A DNA stretch of 34,140 nucleotides from NCBI GenBank assembly GCA_964500765.1, contig CAZCPV010000002.1:1-34140 (forward strand), given 5' to 3'. The stretch comes from an uncultured Draconibacterium sp. (GTDB taxonomy: Bacteria > Bacteroidota > Bacteroidia > Bacteroidales > JAADGE01). Of this stretch, positions 25,325-34,085 are shown in pieces (position 1 is the first letter of the stretch; each line of letters starts with the position of its first letter). Both the position numbers and the translations under genes were made by a program. Under the pieces are notes generated by a model, which was not told the DNA's origin, did not search any database, and saw nothing but the letters and a program-made list of their open reading frames with translations.

Positions 25325-26034
25325 TGATTTTTTGTTTTGTTTATTTCTTCCTTCAATTTTTTAATTTCTTTTCTTAACAGCTCGGTATTCGCCGAATCAT
25401 CGGCTTCATTAAATTCGGAAGTTATTTTATTCATATATTCGTTAACTTCTTGTTGAATGAGAAAATCGTTTTCCGTTTCGCTAATCTCATTCCGAACAGA
25501 TTTTAAATTTTCGGATTCTTCGTATATTGTACTTAAATCTTCGGTACTTTCCGTAAAGGTATTTAATTTTTTTTTGTATTTTTTAAGCGCTTTAACATAT
25601 TCGTCTTTAGTTTTCAGCATAAGGGTTTTGTGAATAATTTTTTCTGCCTTATCCGATAATGCTTCATATTTTAACAGTAATGAATTTAAAAAATCAATTT
25701 TTGATTCACATAATTTAATTTGTTGGGTATATTCTTCGAGTAATTTATCAATTTTATCCTGTACAGAAGCATTTATTGTTTTATTTTCGGGATGATTTTT
25801 AATTTCATTTATAAATTTCAATTCATCATACCAATATTCGGAAGGGACAAAATAAACATCTGCAATCAATTTCTTTGTCAAAGTTTTTATTTCGTATATT
25901 TTGTTTCTTTCCGTTGTTATATCGTTTTTACAAACTTGAACGGCAGCTGTTATCTTTTTTTTTATTAATTCCGAGGCACCTAAATCCTTATGTTCGGACT
26001 TTTTATTTTTTAACCTAAAGTTAAACAATTTCAT
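25321..26034 (-). CDS. hypothetical coiled-coil protein
   Basis: 237 aa, very K/E-rich with heptad-like stretches. ATGA overlap with the downstream MTase-like gene indicates translational coupling. Confidence 0.5.
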   Translation of the reverse strand: MKLFNFRLKNKKSEHKDLGASELIKKKITAAVQVCKNDITTERNKIYEIKTLTKKLIADVYFVPSEYWYDELKFINEIKNHPENKTINASVQDKIDKLLEEYTQQIKLCESKIDFLNSLLLKYEALSDKAEKIIHKTLMLKTKDEYVKALKKYKKKLNTFTESTEDLSTIYEESENLKSVRNEISETENDFLIQQEVNEYMNKITSEFNEADDSANTELLRKEIKKLKEEINKTKNQ

Positions 26035-26113
26035 TATAAGATTTTTATTTAAAACTTTTGCTAATATAATAATTAAACCGAAAAAGATAAAATTTTAATT
26101 TATTTATTCACAC

Positions 26114-26140
26114 GTAAATGTGCTGTGTAACATAATATTA
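26114..26140. repeat. split direct repeat, copy 1 (taaatgtg-ctgtgt-aacataatatta)
   Basis: Same 20 nt as 26344..26363, interrupted by a 6-nt insert. Confidence 0.5.
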
Positions 26141-26332
26141 TAAAGTCGGGATAAGATTATTTTATTGATTTAACGAGATTGTTTGAAAAACGGGGGATTT
26201 AAAGCATAGTAATTCTCTTTGTTCAGGAATAAATAAATCCTCTTGGCGGCTAATTATTTACAAATGAGTTATGAAAAGTGAAAAAATAAAAAAATAAATG
26301 CTAAATTAATTTTTTAAAATTGAAAAGATTCT

Positions 26333-26340
26333 TAATTTTG
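26333..26340 (+). promoter_or_regulatory. candidate -7 box (TAATTTTG) for the TPR lipoprotein gene
   Basis: Exact TAnnTTTG 43 nt upstream of the ATG at 26384. Confidence 0.4.
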
Positions 26341-26343
26341 CGT

Positions 26344-26363
26344 TAAATGTGAACATAATATTA
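26344..26363. repeat. split direct repeat, copy 2 (taaatgtgaacataatatta)
   Basis: Lies in the predicted 5' leader of the lipoprotein gene. Its 20 nt are identical to the two halves of copy 1. Confidence 0.5.
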
Positions 26364-26383
26364 ACTGTTTAATTTATAAAATT

Positions 26384-28159
26384 ATGAAGAAATCAATAAT
26401 TATTCTTTCATCACTTTTTATTGCAGCTGCGATTTTTTCGGGTTGTAATCCGTTGACGAAAATGGTCAAAAAAGCCGGTGAGGTTGAATACAAAACAACC
26501 CCGAATCCGTTGGAAATGCATGCCGGTAAAGTTCCGATTGACGTAAAAGTTACTTTTCCGCCTAAATATTTCGGAAAAAAAGTAAAATTAGTAATCACAC
26601 CCGCATTAGTTTCTGATTACAGTTCTTCCGACGAAATCCTTTTCAAAACTCAAACCATTATAGGTGAGAAATTTGAAGATAATTACGAGCAAATCAGCTA
26701 TAAAGAAGGCGGAAGTTTTTCTTTTCAAGATACGATTGCTTATGATTCAAAATTCAGAGCGTCTGATTTGAATTTAAAATTCCAAATTTCTACTCAAAAA
26801 GGAAAATCTGCGGATATTACGGAAATTAAACTTGCCGACGGTATAATTACAACACCCGAATTGGTTGACGGGGGTATGACAATTGACGGCGGATTAAAAA
26901 GAGGAACCGTTTTAGGTCAAATGGTTTCTGTTCCGGTTACAAAACCCGAAGTAAGATTAGAAACCGAAAGTGCTAAATTGATGTTTGATTTACAAAAATC
27001 GAATATTAAAAGAAGCGAACTTAAAAAAGATGAGATTGTTAATCTTGAAAAATCTATCAAAACCGCATCGGAAGATCCCGATAAAGAATTGAAAAGTATA
27101 AAAATTGCCAGTTATGCTTCACCGGACGGACCTCAAGATTTAAATGAAAAATTGGTACAAGAAAGAGGTAAAAATTCTAAAAAAGCGTTTGATAAAGTTT
27201 TAACAAAAGAAGATATCGAACAAATTAAAAATGCTGATTTCTTAACTACGGAAACAACTCCGGCAGAAGACTGGGACGGTTTCAAAAAATTAGTCGAAGC
27301 TTCCGATATGGAAGATAAAGCTCTTGTTTTAAGAGTTTTAAGTATGTATTCAGACCCTGATACAAGAGAAGCTGAAATTAAAAAATTAGCCGCAGTTTAC
27401 GATAACTTAAGAAAAGACATTCTTCCGATGTTAAGACGTTCAGAAATTCATTTTAATTATCAAGGAAGAGCAAAAACCGATGCCGAATTAAAAACATTGG
27501 CAACAACAAATCCTTCTTCATTATATCAGGAAGAATTACTTTATGCCGCTACAATCGCCGATAATCCGGAAGTTGTTTATAAAAATTATACTTCGGAATA
27601 TCCCGATGATTGGAAAGGATGGAATAATTTAGCCGTTACACAAGCAAAAGACGGAAACTTATCCGATGCAAAAACGAACTTTGAGAAAGTTATCTCATTA
27701 AAATCGGATAATCCGGCAGCTTTAAATAATCTCGGTGTTATTTCTTTGGCAGAAGGCGATCTTGATGCTGCTTGGGATTATTTTGAAAGAGCTGAAAATG
27801 CAGGATGTAAATCGCCGAATTTACATTATAATAAAGGTGTTATCCTGATAAAAAGAGCTCAATACAGTTCAGCTGTTGCCGAATTCGGAAGTGATTCTTT
27901 CAACAAAGCATTAGCTCAAACTTTAGCAGGAAGCAATGATGATGCTATTGCTACTTTAAATAACTTAGGAAGCAGCGAATACGGATTATATTACTATTTG
28001 AAAGCCGTTACTGCCGCCAGAGCAAATAAAGTTGACGATGTAATTGAAAACTTAAAAATTGCAATTACAAAAGAAAGTTCTTTAAAAGATTATGCTAAAA
28101 AAGATATGGAATTTTTGAAATTCATTGACAATTCTGCATTCAGAGGAGTTATTGAATAA
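26384..28159 (+). CDS. lipoprotein with C-terminal TPR repeats
   Basis: 591 aa. Lipobox AAIFSGC. The C-terminal third has TPR-like units (GWNNLAVTQAKDGNLSDAKTNFEKVISLKSDNPAALNNLGVISLAEGDLDAAWDYFERA). Confidence 0.7.
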   Translation: MKKSIIILSSLFIAAAIFSGCNPLTKMVKKAGEVEYKTTPNPLEMHAGKVPIDVKVTFPPKYFGKKVKLVITPALVSDYSSSDEILFKTQTIIGEKFEDNYEQISYKEGGSFSFQDTIAYDSKFRASDLNLKFQISTQKGKSADITEIKLADGIITTPELVDGGMTIDGGLKRGTVLGQMVSVPVTKPEVRLETESAKLMFDLQKSNIKRSELKKDEIVNLEKSIKTASEDPDKELKSIKIASYASPDGPQDLNEKLVQERGKNSKKAFDKVLTKEDIEQIKNADFLTTETTPAEDWDGFKKLVEASDMEDKALVLRVLSMYSDPDTREAEIKKLAAVYDNLRKDILPMLRRSEIHFNYQGRAKTDAELKTLATTNPSSLYQEELLYAATIADNPEVVYKNYTSEYPDDWKGWNNLAVTQAKDGNLSDAKTNFEKVISLKSDNPAALNNLGVISLAEGDLDAAWDYFERAENAGCKSPNLHYNKGVILIKRAQYSSAVAEFGSDSFNKALAQTLAGSNDDAIATLNNLGSSEYGLYYYLKAVTAARANKVDDVIENLKIAITKESSLKDYAKKDMEFLKFIDNSAFRGVIE

Positions 28160-28185
28160 ATAGAATTTTCGATATAAAACTTAAG

Positions 28186-28215
28186 AAAGCCCTTGATTTT
28201 TCGAGGGCTTTTTTT
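28186..28215 (+). terminator. rho-independent terminator of the lipoprotein gene
   Basis: aaagcccttga-tttt-tcgagggcttt forms an 11-bp stem with one G-U pair. The stem runs into a T-tract. Confidence 0.8.
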
Positions 28216-28339
28216 CGTGCAATAATTTCATAAAATTTGTATTTGACCTGTAAAATTGGCATAAAAATATATCCGGCACATGCTTTGAAAGACAGCAGTG
28301 TAAAATTTAAGTTCAAAACATAAAAAAATAAGATAAGCT

Positions 28340-30394
28340 ATGCAAAAAGGTAAGATTAATGTAACCGGAGAAGATATTTTTCCGATAATAAAGAAATTCC
28401 TCTACTCAGACCATGAAATATTTTTAAGAGAATTAGTTTCCAATGCCGTTGATGCTACTCAAAAATTAAAGATTTTGGCATCGAAAGGCGATTTTAAAGG
28501 TGAACTCGGAGATTTAACAATTCGTATTAAAGCTGATAAAAAAGCAAAAACATTAACCATATCGGATGCCGGTATCGGGATGGATGCCGAAGAAATTGAT
28601 AAATATATTAACCAAATTGCTTTTTCGGGTGCCGAAGATTTCTTAGAAAAATATAAAGATGACACAAATGCAATAATCGGGCATTTCGGGCTTGGCTTTT
28701 ATTCTGCATTTATGGTTTCCGATAAGGTTGAAATTGTATCGAAATCGTATAAACAGGAAAGTAAAGCCGTGCGATGGGAGTGTGACGGCAGCCCGAATTT
28801 TACTTTGGAAGAAACTGAGAAAGAACGCAGAGGAACAGATATTATATTACATATAGACAAAGATTCCGAAGATTTTTTGAACGACTCTAAAATTGAAGAG
28901 CTTTTAAATAAATATTGCAAATTTTTGCCTATAGAAATTGCTTTCGGAAAAGAGAAAGAATATAAGGATAATAAACAAGTTGAGACTGATAAAGACCATA
29001 TAATCAACAATACGAAACCGGCATGGACAAAAAAACCGGCTGACTTAAAGAACGAAGATTATATGAATTTTTATAAAGAATTGTATCCTTCAAGTTTTGA
29101 AGACCCCTTGTTTTATATTCACCTGAATGTTGATTATCCGTTTAATTTAACCGGTATTTTGTATTTTCCGAAGTTCAAAAATACGATTGAAATCCAGAAA
29201 AATAAAATACAACTTTACCAACGTCAGGTATTTGTAACCGATTCGGTTGAAGGAATCGTTCCGGAGTTTTTAACCCTTTTGCACGGGGTTTTGGATTCGC
29301 CGGATATTCCGCTTAATGTTTCGAGAAGTTATTTGCAGAGCGACAGAAATGTTAAAAAAATATCAAGCCATATTACCAAAAAAGTTGCCGACCGCTTAAA
29401 AGAAATTTTCACCAAAGAGAGAGAAGATTTTGAGAAAAAATGGAACGACCTCAGAATTTTTATCGAATACGGTATGTTGAGCGATGAAAAATTCTATGAA
29501 AAAGCAATTAAATTTTTCTTGCTGCAAAATACCGAAGGAAAATTCTTTACTTTTGATGAATATAAAAAACTGACGGAAGCCAATCAAACCGACAAGGATA
29601 AAAACTTAATTTATTTATACACAACAGATTCCGAAGGACAGTACAGTTTTATTGAAGAAGCTAAAGAAAAAGGATACGATGTTTTGGTAATGGACGGGCA
29701 GTTGGATGCACATTTTATTAACCATGTTGAGACCAAACTCGGAGGTATTCGATTTGTACGTGTTGATGCGGATGTTATTGATAAACTGATACCTAAAGAA
29801 GAAAAATTTGAATCGAAACTCACTAAAGAAGAGGAGGAAAATTTGTCGGTTGTATTTCAAAGTCAATTGCCGGATAATGCTACTTTTTTAGTGAATTTTG
29901 AAGCAATGAGTGAAACAGCCAATCCGACTGTTGTAACCCAAAATGAATTTATGAGACGTATGAAAGATATGTCGAAAATGGGCGGTGAAGCATCGTTTTA
30001 CGGAAATTTGCCCGACAGTTTTAATTTAATTGTTAATTCAAATCATAATTTAGTATCGAAATTGAATGAAAAACTTCATAAATCGCTTGATAAAGAGTTA
30101 GAAAAAATAAATGAAGAAAAGGCGGTTATAAATTCTGAGATTGATGCGTTAAATACACTTCAAAAAGATAAAAAAGAGGAAGAAATACCGCAGGAAGAAA
30201 AAGATAAACGGGAAGAATTGAATAAAAAACTTCAGGAAATTGAGGATAAAAAACGAAAAATTTTAGAAAAATTCGGTAAAAAGCAAAAACTCGTAAAACA
30301 ATTAATTGATTTGGGCTTATTGGCAAATAATATGCTTAAAGGAGAGTCTTTAAGTAAATTTGTAAAGCGAAGTATTGAATTAATTAAAGCGTAA
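28340..30394 (+). CDS. htpG: molecular chaperone HtpG (Hsp90)
   Basis: 684 aa. GHKL N-terminus FLRELVSNAVDA, ISDAGIGM, GHFGLGFYSAFMV. Middle-domain LNVSRSYLQ. Confidence 0.95.
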   Translation: MQKGKINVTGEDIFPIIKKFLYSDHEIFLRELVSNAVDATQKLKILASKGDFKGELGDLTIRIKADKKAKTLTISDAGIGMDAEEIDKYINQIAFSGAEDFLEKYKDDTNAIIGHFGLGFYSAFMVSDKVEIVSKSYKQESKAVRWECDGSPNFTLEETEKERRGTDIILHIDKDSEDFLNDSKIEELLNKYCKFLPIEIAFGKEKEYKDNKQVETDKDHIINNTKPAWTKKPADLKNEDYMNFYKELYPSSFEDPLFYIHLNVDYPFNLTGILYFPKFKNTIEIQKNKIQLYQRQVFVTDSVEGIVPEFLTLLHGVLDSPDIPLNVSRSYLQSDRNVKKISSHITKKVADRLKEIFTKEREDFEKKWNDLRIFIEYGMLSDEKFYEKAIKFFLLQNTEGKFFTFDEYKKLTEANQTDKDKNLIYLYTTDSEGQYSFIEEAKEKGYDVLVMDGQLDAHFINHVETKLGGIRFVRVDADVIDKLIPKEEKFESKLTKEEEENLSVVFQSQLPDNATFLVNFEAMSETANPTVVTQNEFMRRMKDMSKMGGEASFYGNLPDSFNLIVNSNHNLVSKLNEKLHKSLDKELEKINEEKAVINSEIDALNTLQKDKKEEEIPQEEKDKREELNKKLQEIEDKKRKILEKFGKKQKLVKQLIDLGLLANNMLKGESLSKFVKRSIELIKA

Positions 30395-30414
30395 ATTTTG
30401 GAGGTTCTATTGGA

Positions 30415-30444
30415 GCAGTCGAAAATTTTTCGGCTGCTTTTTTT
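30415..30444 (+). terminator. rho-independent terminator of htpG
   Basis: gcagtcgaa-aattt-ttcggctgc forms a 9-bp stem with one G-U pair. It is followed by 7 T. Confidence 0.7.
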
Positions 30445-30507
30445 GGTTGTTCGTCAATTTTTTAAATGATATTCAATACTTTTTTGGAAATCTAAATTTT
30501 TTATTTG

Positions 30508-30515
30508 TATATTTG
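30508..30515 (+). promoter_or_regulatory. candidate -7 box (TATATTTG) with an upstream TTTG for the DUF1987 gene
   Basis: Exact TAnnTTTG 34 nt upstream of the ATG at 30550. A TTTG lies ~21 nt further upstream. Confidence 0.42.
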
Positions 30516-30549
30516 AACTCTAAAGTTTTAAAAAACAATTTTTTCTGTA

Positions 30550-30930
30550 ATGGAAAGCATCTACGTAAAAAAAACAAAAAAAACGCCTTTAATCAGTTTA
30601 GATTTAAGTGAAAATATATTTCAAATAAAAGGACCTTCTTTTTCGGAAGATATTTTGTCGATATATGATCCTGTTCTGAATTGGATTAACGAAAACCTCC
30701 CTCAACTTGAAAAAGAATTGACTTGCGAATTTTATTTTACGGTATTGAACAGTGCTTCTCACAAAAAAATATTCCAAATTTTAATTATTTTAAACGGTTT
30801 TATGGACCGCGGAAAAAAAATTAAAGTAAAATGGTATTATGATGAAGATGATGAAGACATCATGGAAATGGGCGAAGATTTAACGGAATTGATAAACCTT
30901 CCTTTTGAACTTGTTCCGATAACTAATTAA
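30550..30930 (+). CDS. DUF1987 (SiaC-family regulatory phosphoprotein-like) protein
   Basis: 126 aa. The N-terminal pattern TKKTPLISLDLSENIFQIKGPSFSED...YDPVLNWINE and central YFTVLNSAS are as in DUF1987/SiaC. Confidence 0.72.
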   Translation: MESIYVKKTKKTPLISLDLSENIFQIKGPSFSEDILSIYDPVLNWINENLPQLEKELTCEFYFTVLNSASHKKIFQILIILNGFMDRGKKIKVKWYYDEDDEDIMEMGEDLTELINLPFELVPITN

Positions 30931-32071
30931 TTACGAGTTGTAATATAAAATAAGATGTTTTGGAATTAATTTCTTTAAAAACATACTTTATTTTATTACA
31001 ATTATTTTTCAATCGCATATCAATTAAATTAATATCCGGCTTTTTGCTCAGGTCGGATTTGAAAAATTCATCTAAATAATCTCTTATTTTCAGTAAACTT
31101 TCTTCTTTTGTTTTATTAATAATACTAATTTTATTCCCGAGAATTCTTGTTTTTTCGTTTAAAATCACATTCCCTGCCGTAAGGAATAAACTTCCGTTTG
31201 TTTTACTTAATAAAAATACACCTCTGCTGTTACGTTTCCCGGTGTTCGGTGTATCATAAACAAATTCGTCCGCAAAATCAATAATATTTCTTATTAACTT
31301 TACCGTTAAATCAAAAACCTTTTGTTTTACAAGTTTCCCTCCTATTGAATGCGATTCAATTACAGGCAGTAAACTTTCCAGATTTTGAAAAGCAAAAGAA
31401 CCGTTAAAATTAAGAAGAATATTTTCGGTATTCAATAATTCATGAAATTTTGAAATTCTTTCTAAAGAAATTAATTCAAGGATACCTTCTTTATTTTCCT
31501 CTTCATTTAAAATCAGTTGAATTTGATAATAATAATAAGAAAAATTTTCATTAATTTTTTTGAATTTATATTGTATATGTCCGTCGGTTCTGCGAGCCAT
31601 AGTAATAATTCCAAGCCCGCCGCCGCCTTTTTCCGAAATTACGCCGTCTAATAAAATTTTTTGATATTCGGTTTTTAATTCTTTAGGATTTAAGGTTTTT
31701 ATTTTTTTTAAATACGCTTCTAAAGCAGGAATATTTTCATTACTGATAACATTAGCGGTAGTTATATATATCGAATTATTCGTTTTTTGAATAACCAGCA
31801 AACTCTCATCATCAACATTCTGATTGTCAGGCATATCCTGATGCCGAATAACATTTTGCAAAGATTCGATTAAAAAATATGATATCCTGTTTCTGTAAGC
31901 AGATGCTTCCGAATCATTGATAAATTTTGAGTCATTTAAATTTAAAATATTTTCCGTAATATTTTCGGAAAAATGGCCTCTGTAAACATATTCAAAATAA
32001 TCTTCATCAATATATTTTGTCAGTTTGTAAGCCAAATCTATTTGCTTAATATTATATTGATTATCTTCCAT
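30923..32071 (-). CDS. tandem SiaB/anti-sigma-kinase-like (GHKL) protein: kinase-like half + degenerate half
   Basis: 382 aa. The first half has an N-box-like LIESLQNVIRH and a G-box EKGGGGLGIITMARR. The second half is collinear (TVKLIRNIIDF ... KKPDINLIDMRLK ... IKYVFKEINSKTSYFILQLVI vs IQYKFKKINENFSYYYYQIQL) but lacks the glycine-rich box. Confidence 0.6.
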   Translation of the reverse strand: MEDNQYNIKQIDLAYKLTKYIDEDYFEYVYRGHFSENITENILNLNDSKFINDSEASAYRNRISYFLIESLQNVIRHQDMPDNQNVDDESLLVIQKTNNSIYITTANVISNENIPALEAYLKKIKTLNPKELKTEYQKILLDGVISEKGGGGLGIITMARRTDGHIQYKFKKINENFSYYYYQIQLILNEEENKEGILELISLERISKFHELLNTENILLNFNGSFAFQNLESLLPVIESHSIGGKLVKQKVFDLTVKLIRNIIDFADEFVYDTPNTGKRNSRGVFLLSKTNGSLFLTAGNVILNEKTRILGNKISIINKTKEESLLKIRDYLDEFFKSDLSKKPDINLIDMRLKNNCNKIKYVFKEINSKTSYFILQLVIN

Positions 32072-32104
32072 TTATCTGTAAATTGTTTTTATGGTAATCA
32101 GTTT

Positions 32105-33199
32105 CTATTTTATAATTTGGTTATTTTTATATTTTACGGTGTTAATTATTTTTCCCGTTTGGTCATATAAAACGGTTTTTCCGTTTTTCTTTCCGTTTTT
32201 ATATTTTGTTGTTTGTTTTATTTTCCCTGTTTTATAATAAATTATCTCATCAGCTTCTTTTTTCCCTTCCGAAAAAATGCTTTTTTGTTTTAATTTTCCG
32301 TTCGGATAATATACAAACCATTCTCCGTCGTATATTCCGTTTTTATAATTTCCTTCGGAGAATAATTTTCCGTCGGGATAATGTGATTTCCAATGTCCTT
32401 CGCGTAAATTATTCTTATATTCGCCTTCTTCGGCAATATTACCGGTATTGTGATACGATTTATATTCTCCGTTTAAATTTCCGTTAAGGTAATTATACTC
32501 CGCCATTAACTTCCCGTTCTCATAATATGCCGTCAGTTTTCCGTTTAATAATCCGTTTTTATAAAAACATTTTCGTTCCGAATTACCGTTTTTATAGTAA
32601 ACGAACAAACTGTCTTCAAAGTGTCCGTTAATTTTTTCTCCTTTATAATTTAATTCTCCGGTTTTATAAAATGATTTCCAAAATCCTTCGGGTTTATTTA
32701 GTTTATAATTTTGAACATCTTTAAGCGTTCCGTCTTCTCGAAAATTTTCTACCTTCCCGTTTAAAATTCCGTCGGTATAATATCCTTTAATTTTCGGATT
32801 TCCGTTTTTATAATAAGTTATCACTTCACCTTCCGCAAAACCGTTTTTATAGTTTCCTTCCTGTTTTTTTTCTCCTGTTTTATAAAAATGAACAAATTTA
32901 CCGTTTCTTTTGTTCTTTTTAAAATTTATAAGCGATTTTATTTGTCCGTTATCATAATAAATTTTCCATTCTCCTTCAATTAAATTACGAACAAATTCAC
33001 CTTCTTGTTTTTTATTTCCGTTTTTATCAAAGAAGATATAATGTCCGTGTTTTATTGTATCCTGCTTATTTACAAAGGCATAATATAACTCTTTTAATTT
33101 GTTGTCGGAATTTTGATAATATGTTTTTACCGGTTCCTGGTTAAACCCGGGAAAACTGATTGATATAAAAAATATGCCGATAAGAATAAATTTTATCAC
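32105..33199 (-). CDS. secreted MORN-repeat-variant (YwqK-family-like) protein
   Basis: 364 aa. Signal peptide MIKFILIGIFFISISFPGF. About 14 tandem ~23-aa units of type G.W..YY.NGK.K.EG.Y.NG. GTG start in a GTGA overlap with the upstream stop. Confidence 0.8.
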   Translation of the reverse strand: MIKFILIGIFFISISFPGFNQEPVKTYYQNSDNKLKELYYAFVNKQDTIKHGHYIFFDKNGNKKQEGEFVRNLIEGEWKIYYDNGQIKSLINFKKNKRNGKFVHFYKTGEKKQEGNYKNGFAEGEVITYYKNGNPKIKGYYTDGILNGKVENFREDGTLKDVQNYKLNKPEGFWKSFYKTGELNYKGEKINGHFEDSLFVYYKNGNSERKCFYKNGLLNGKLTAYYENGKLMAEYNYLNGNLNGEYKSYHNTGNIAEEGEYKNNLREGHWKSHYPDGKLFSEGNYKNGIYDGEWFVYYPNGKLKQKSIFSEGKKEADEIIYYKTGKIKQTTKYKNGKKNGKTVLYDQTGKIINTVKYKNNQIIK

Positions 33200-34038
33200 T
33201 TTTTATCATTTTCCTCGGTATCTTCCGAAGGTAAAATTATTAAAGGTTTATTTAAGCGTGTTCCTTCAATGGTAATGTCTTTCCCGTAATCAAGAAGCAC
33301 TGCCAGGGAATATTTTCCGGAAGGAATTGTATTCGGTAATTTAAATTTAACTTCTCTTAAAAATCCCGGAAACGAATTAAAAAAAATCGGGTCAAATTCA
33401 ATCTCTTCAGCGGTATTTAAGTCGGAAGCAATAAAGGTAACTTTGCATTTTGCAATAGTTTTTCCGGTATTTATCACATCTGCCGTAAAATAACGATGTG
33501 TAGAATCAATATCGCTGACTTCTCTTAAATCTTTTATTTTTAATTTCGGAACTAGAGGCATGACGGGCTCTCTGTATATTTCAACGGCAATTCGTCCGCT
33601 TACTCGTACGCCTGCACCGATTCCTTCGTCAACATCAAAACTCGTTTTTTCGTGAACCGTTTGGATATACATTAATGCCCATCGTGTTGTATAATCATCG
33701 ACAGGCGGCTGCATGGTTATTTTAATTTGTATTTGTTCATTCGGATTAATATCAAAAAAAGTTTTTTCAGGCGTAATCCATTCCGTACAGGAAGTTTTTG
33801 ATGAATTTCGTTCTATAGCTTGCTTTCTGCCGTTTTTATCAATAATAAAATCAGCAAATGAAATGGAAAAAGAGGTTCGGAAATTTGAGTGATTTTTAAC
33901 CGATAAAATTTTTGTTTGTGATTCTTCCGGATCAACTTTAAATTTCATTTTTACCGGAGCCACTTCAAAATCCTGAGACTTCAAAGCGAGAGAAAACAGC
34001 AAGAATAAAACAGTAAAAAAAAGATTATTTCTTTGCAT
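33196..34038 (-). CDS. secreted protein, probably two Ig-like beta-sandwich domains (PapD/DUF916-like?), function unknown
   Basis: 280 aa. Signal peptide MQRNNLFFTVLFLLFSLALKSQ. Alternating beta-strand-like pattern (FEVAPVKMKFKVDPEESQTKILSVKNHSN). The family call is tentative. Confidence 0.5.
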   Translation of the reverse strand: MQRNNLFFTVLFLLFSLALKSQDFEVAPVKMKFKVDPEESQTKILSVKNHSNFRTSFSISFADFIIDKNGRKQAIERNSSKTSCTEWITPEKTFFDINPNEQIQIKITMQPPVDDYTTRWALMYIQTVHEKTSFDVDEGIGAGVRVSGRIAVEIYREPVMPLVPKLKIKDLREVSDIDSTHRYFTADVINTGKTIAKCKVTFIASDLNTAEEIEFDPIFFNSFPGFLREVKFKLPNTIPSGKYSLAVLLDYGKDITIEGTRLNKPLIILPSEDTEENDKK

Positions 34039-34077
34039 TTTTTTGGTTTTTAAAAAAAAGTATTTAATTTAGATTTT

Positions 34078-34085
34078 CAAATATA
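34078..34085 (-). promoter_or_regulatory. candidate -7 box (TATATTTG) for the 34038->30923 transcription unit
   Basis: Exact TAnnTTTG on the minus strand 39 nt upstream of the ATG at 34038. Confidence 0.4.

Noticed and set aside
28216-28339. Heat-shock (sigma32-like) promoter or other special control element upstream of htpG
   Set aside because: Only a partial CTTTGAAAG resemblance to the -35 element, no matching -10 element, and no exact TAnnTTTG box. This is insufficient evidence for any call.
32105-33199. YwqK-type antitoxin implying a toxin-antitoxin module
   Set aside because: The protein has a clear signal peptide and is three times longer than typical YwqK antitoxins. No toxin-like (e.g. 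nuclease or deaminase) gene is adjacent.
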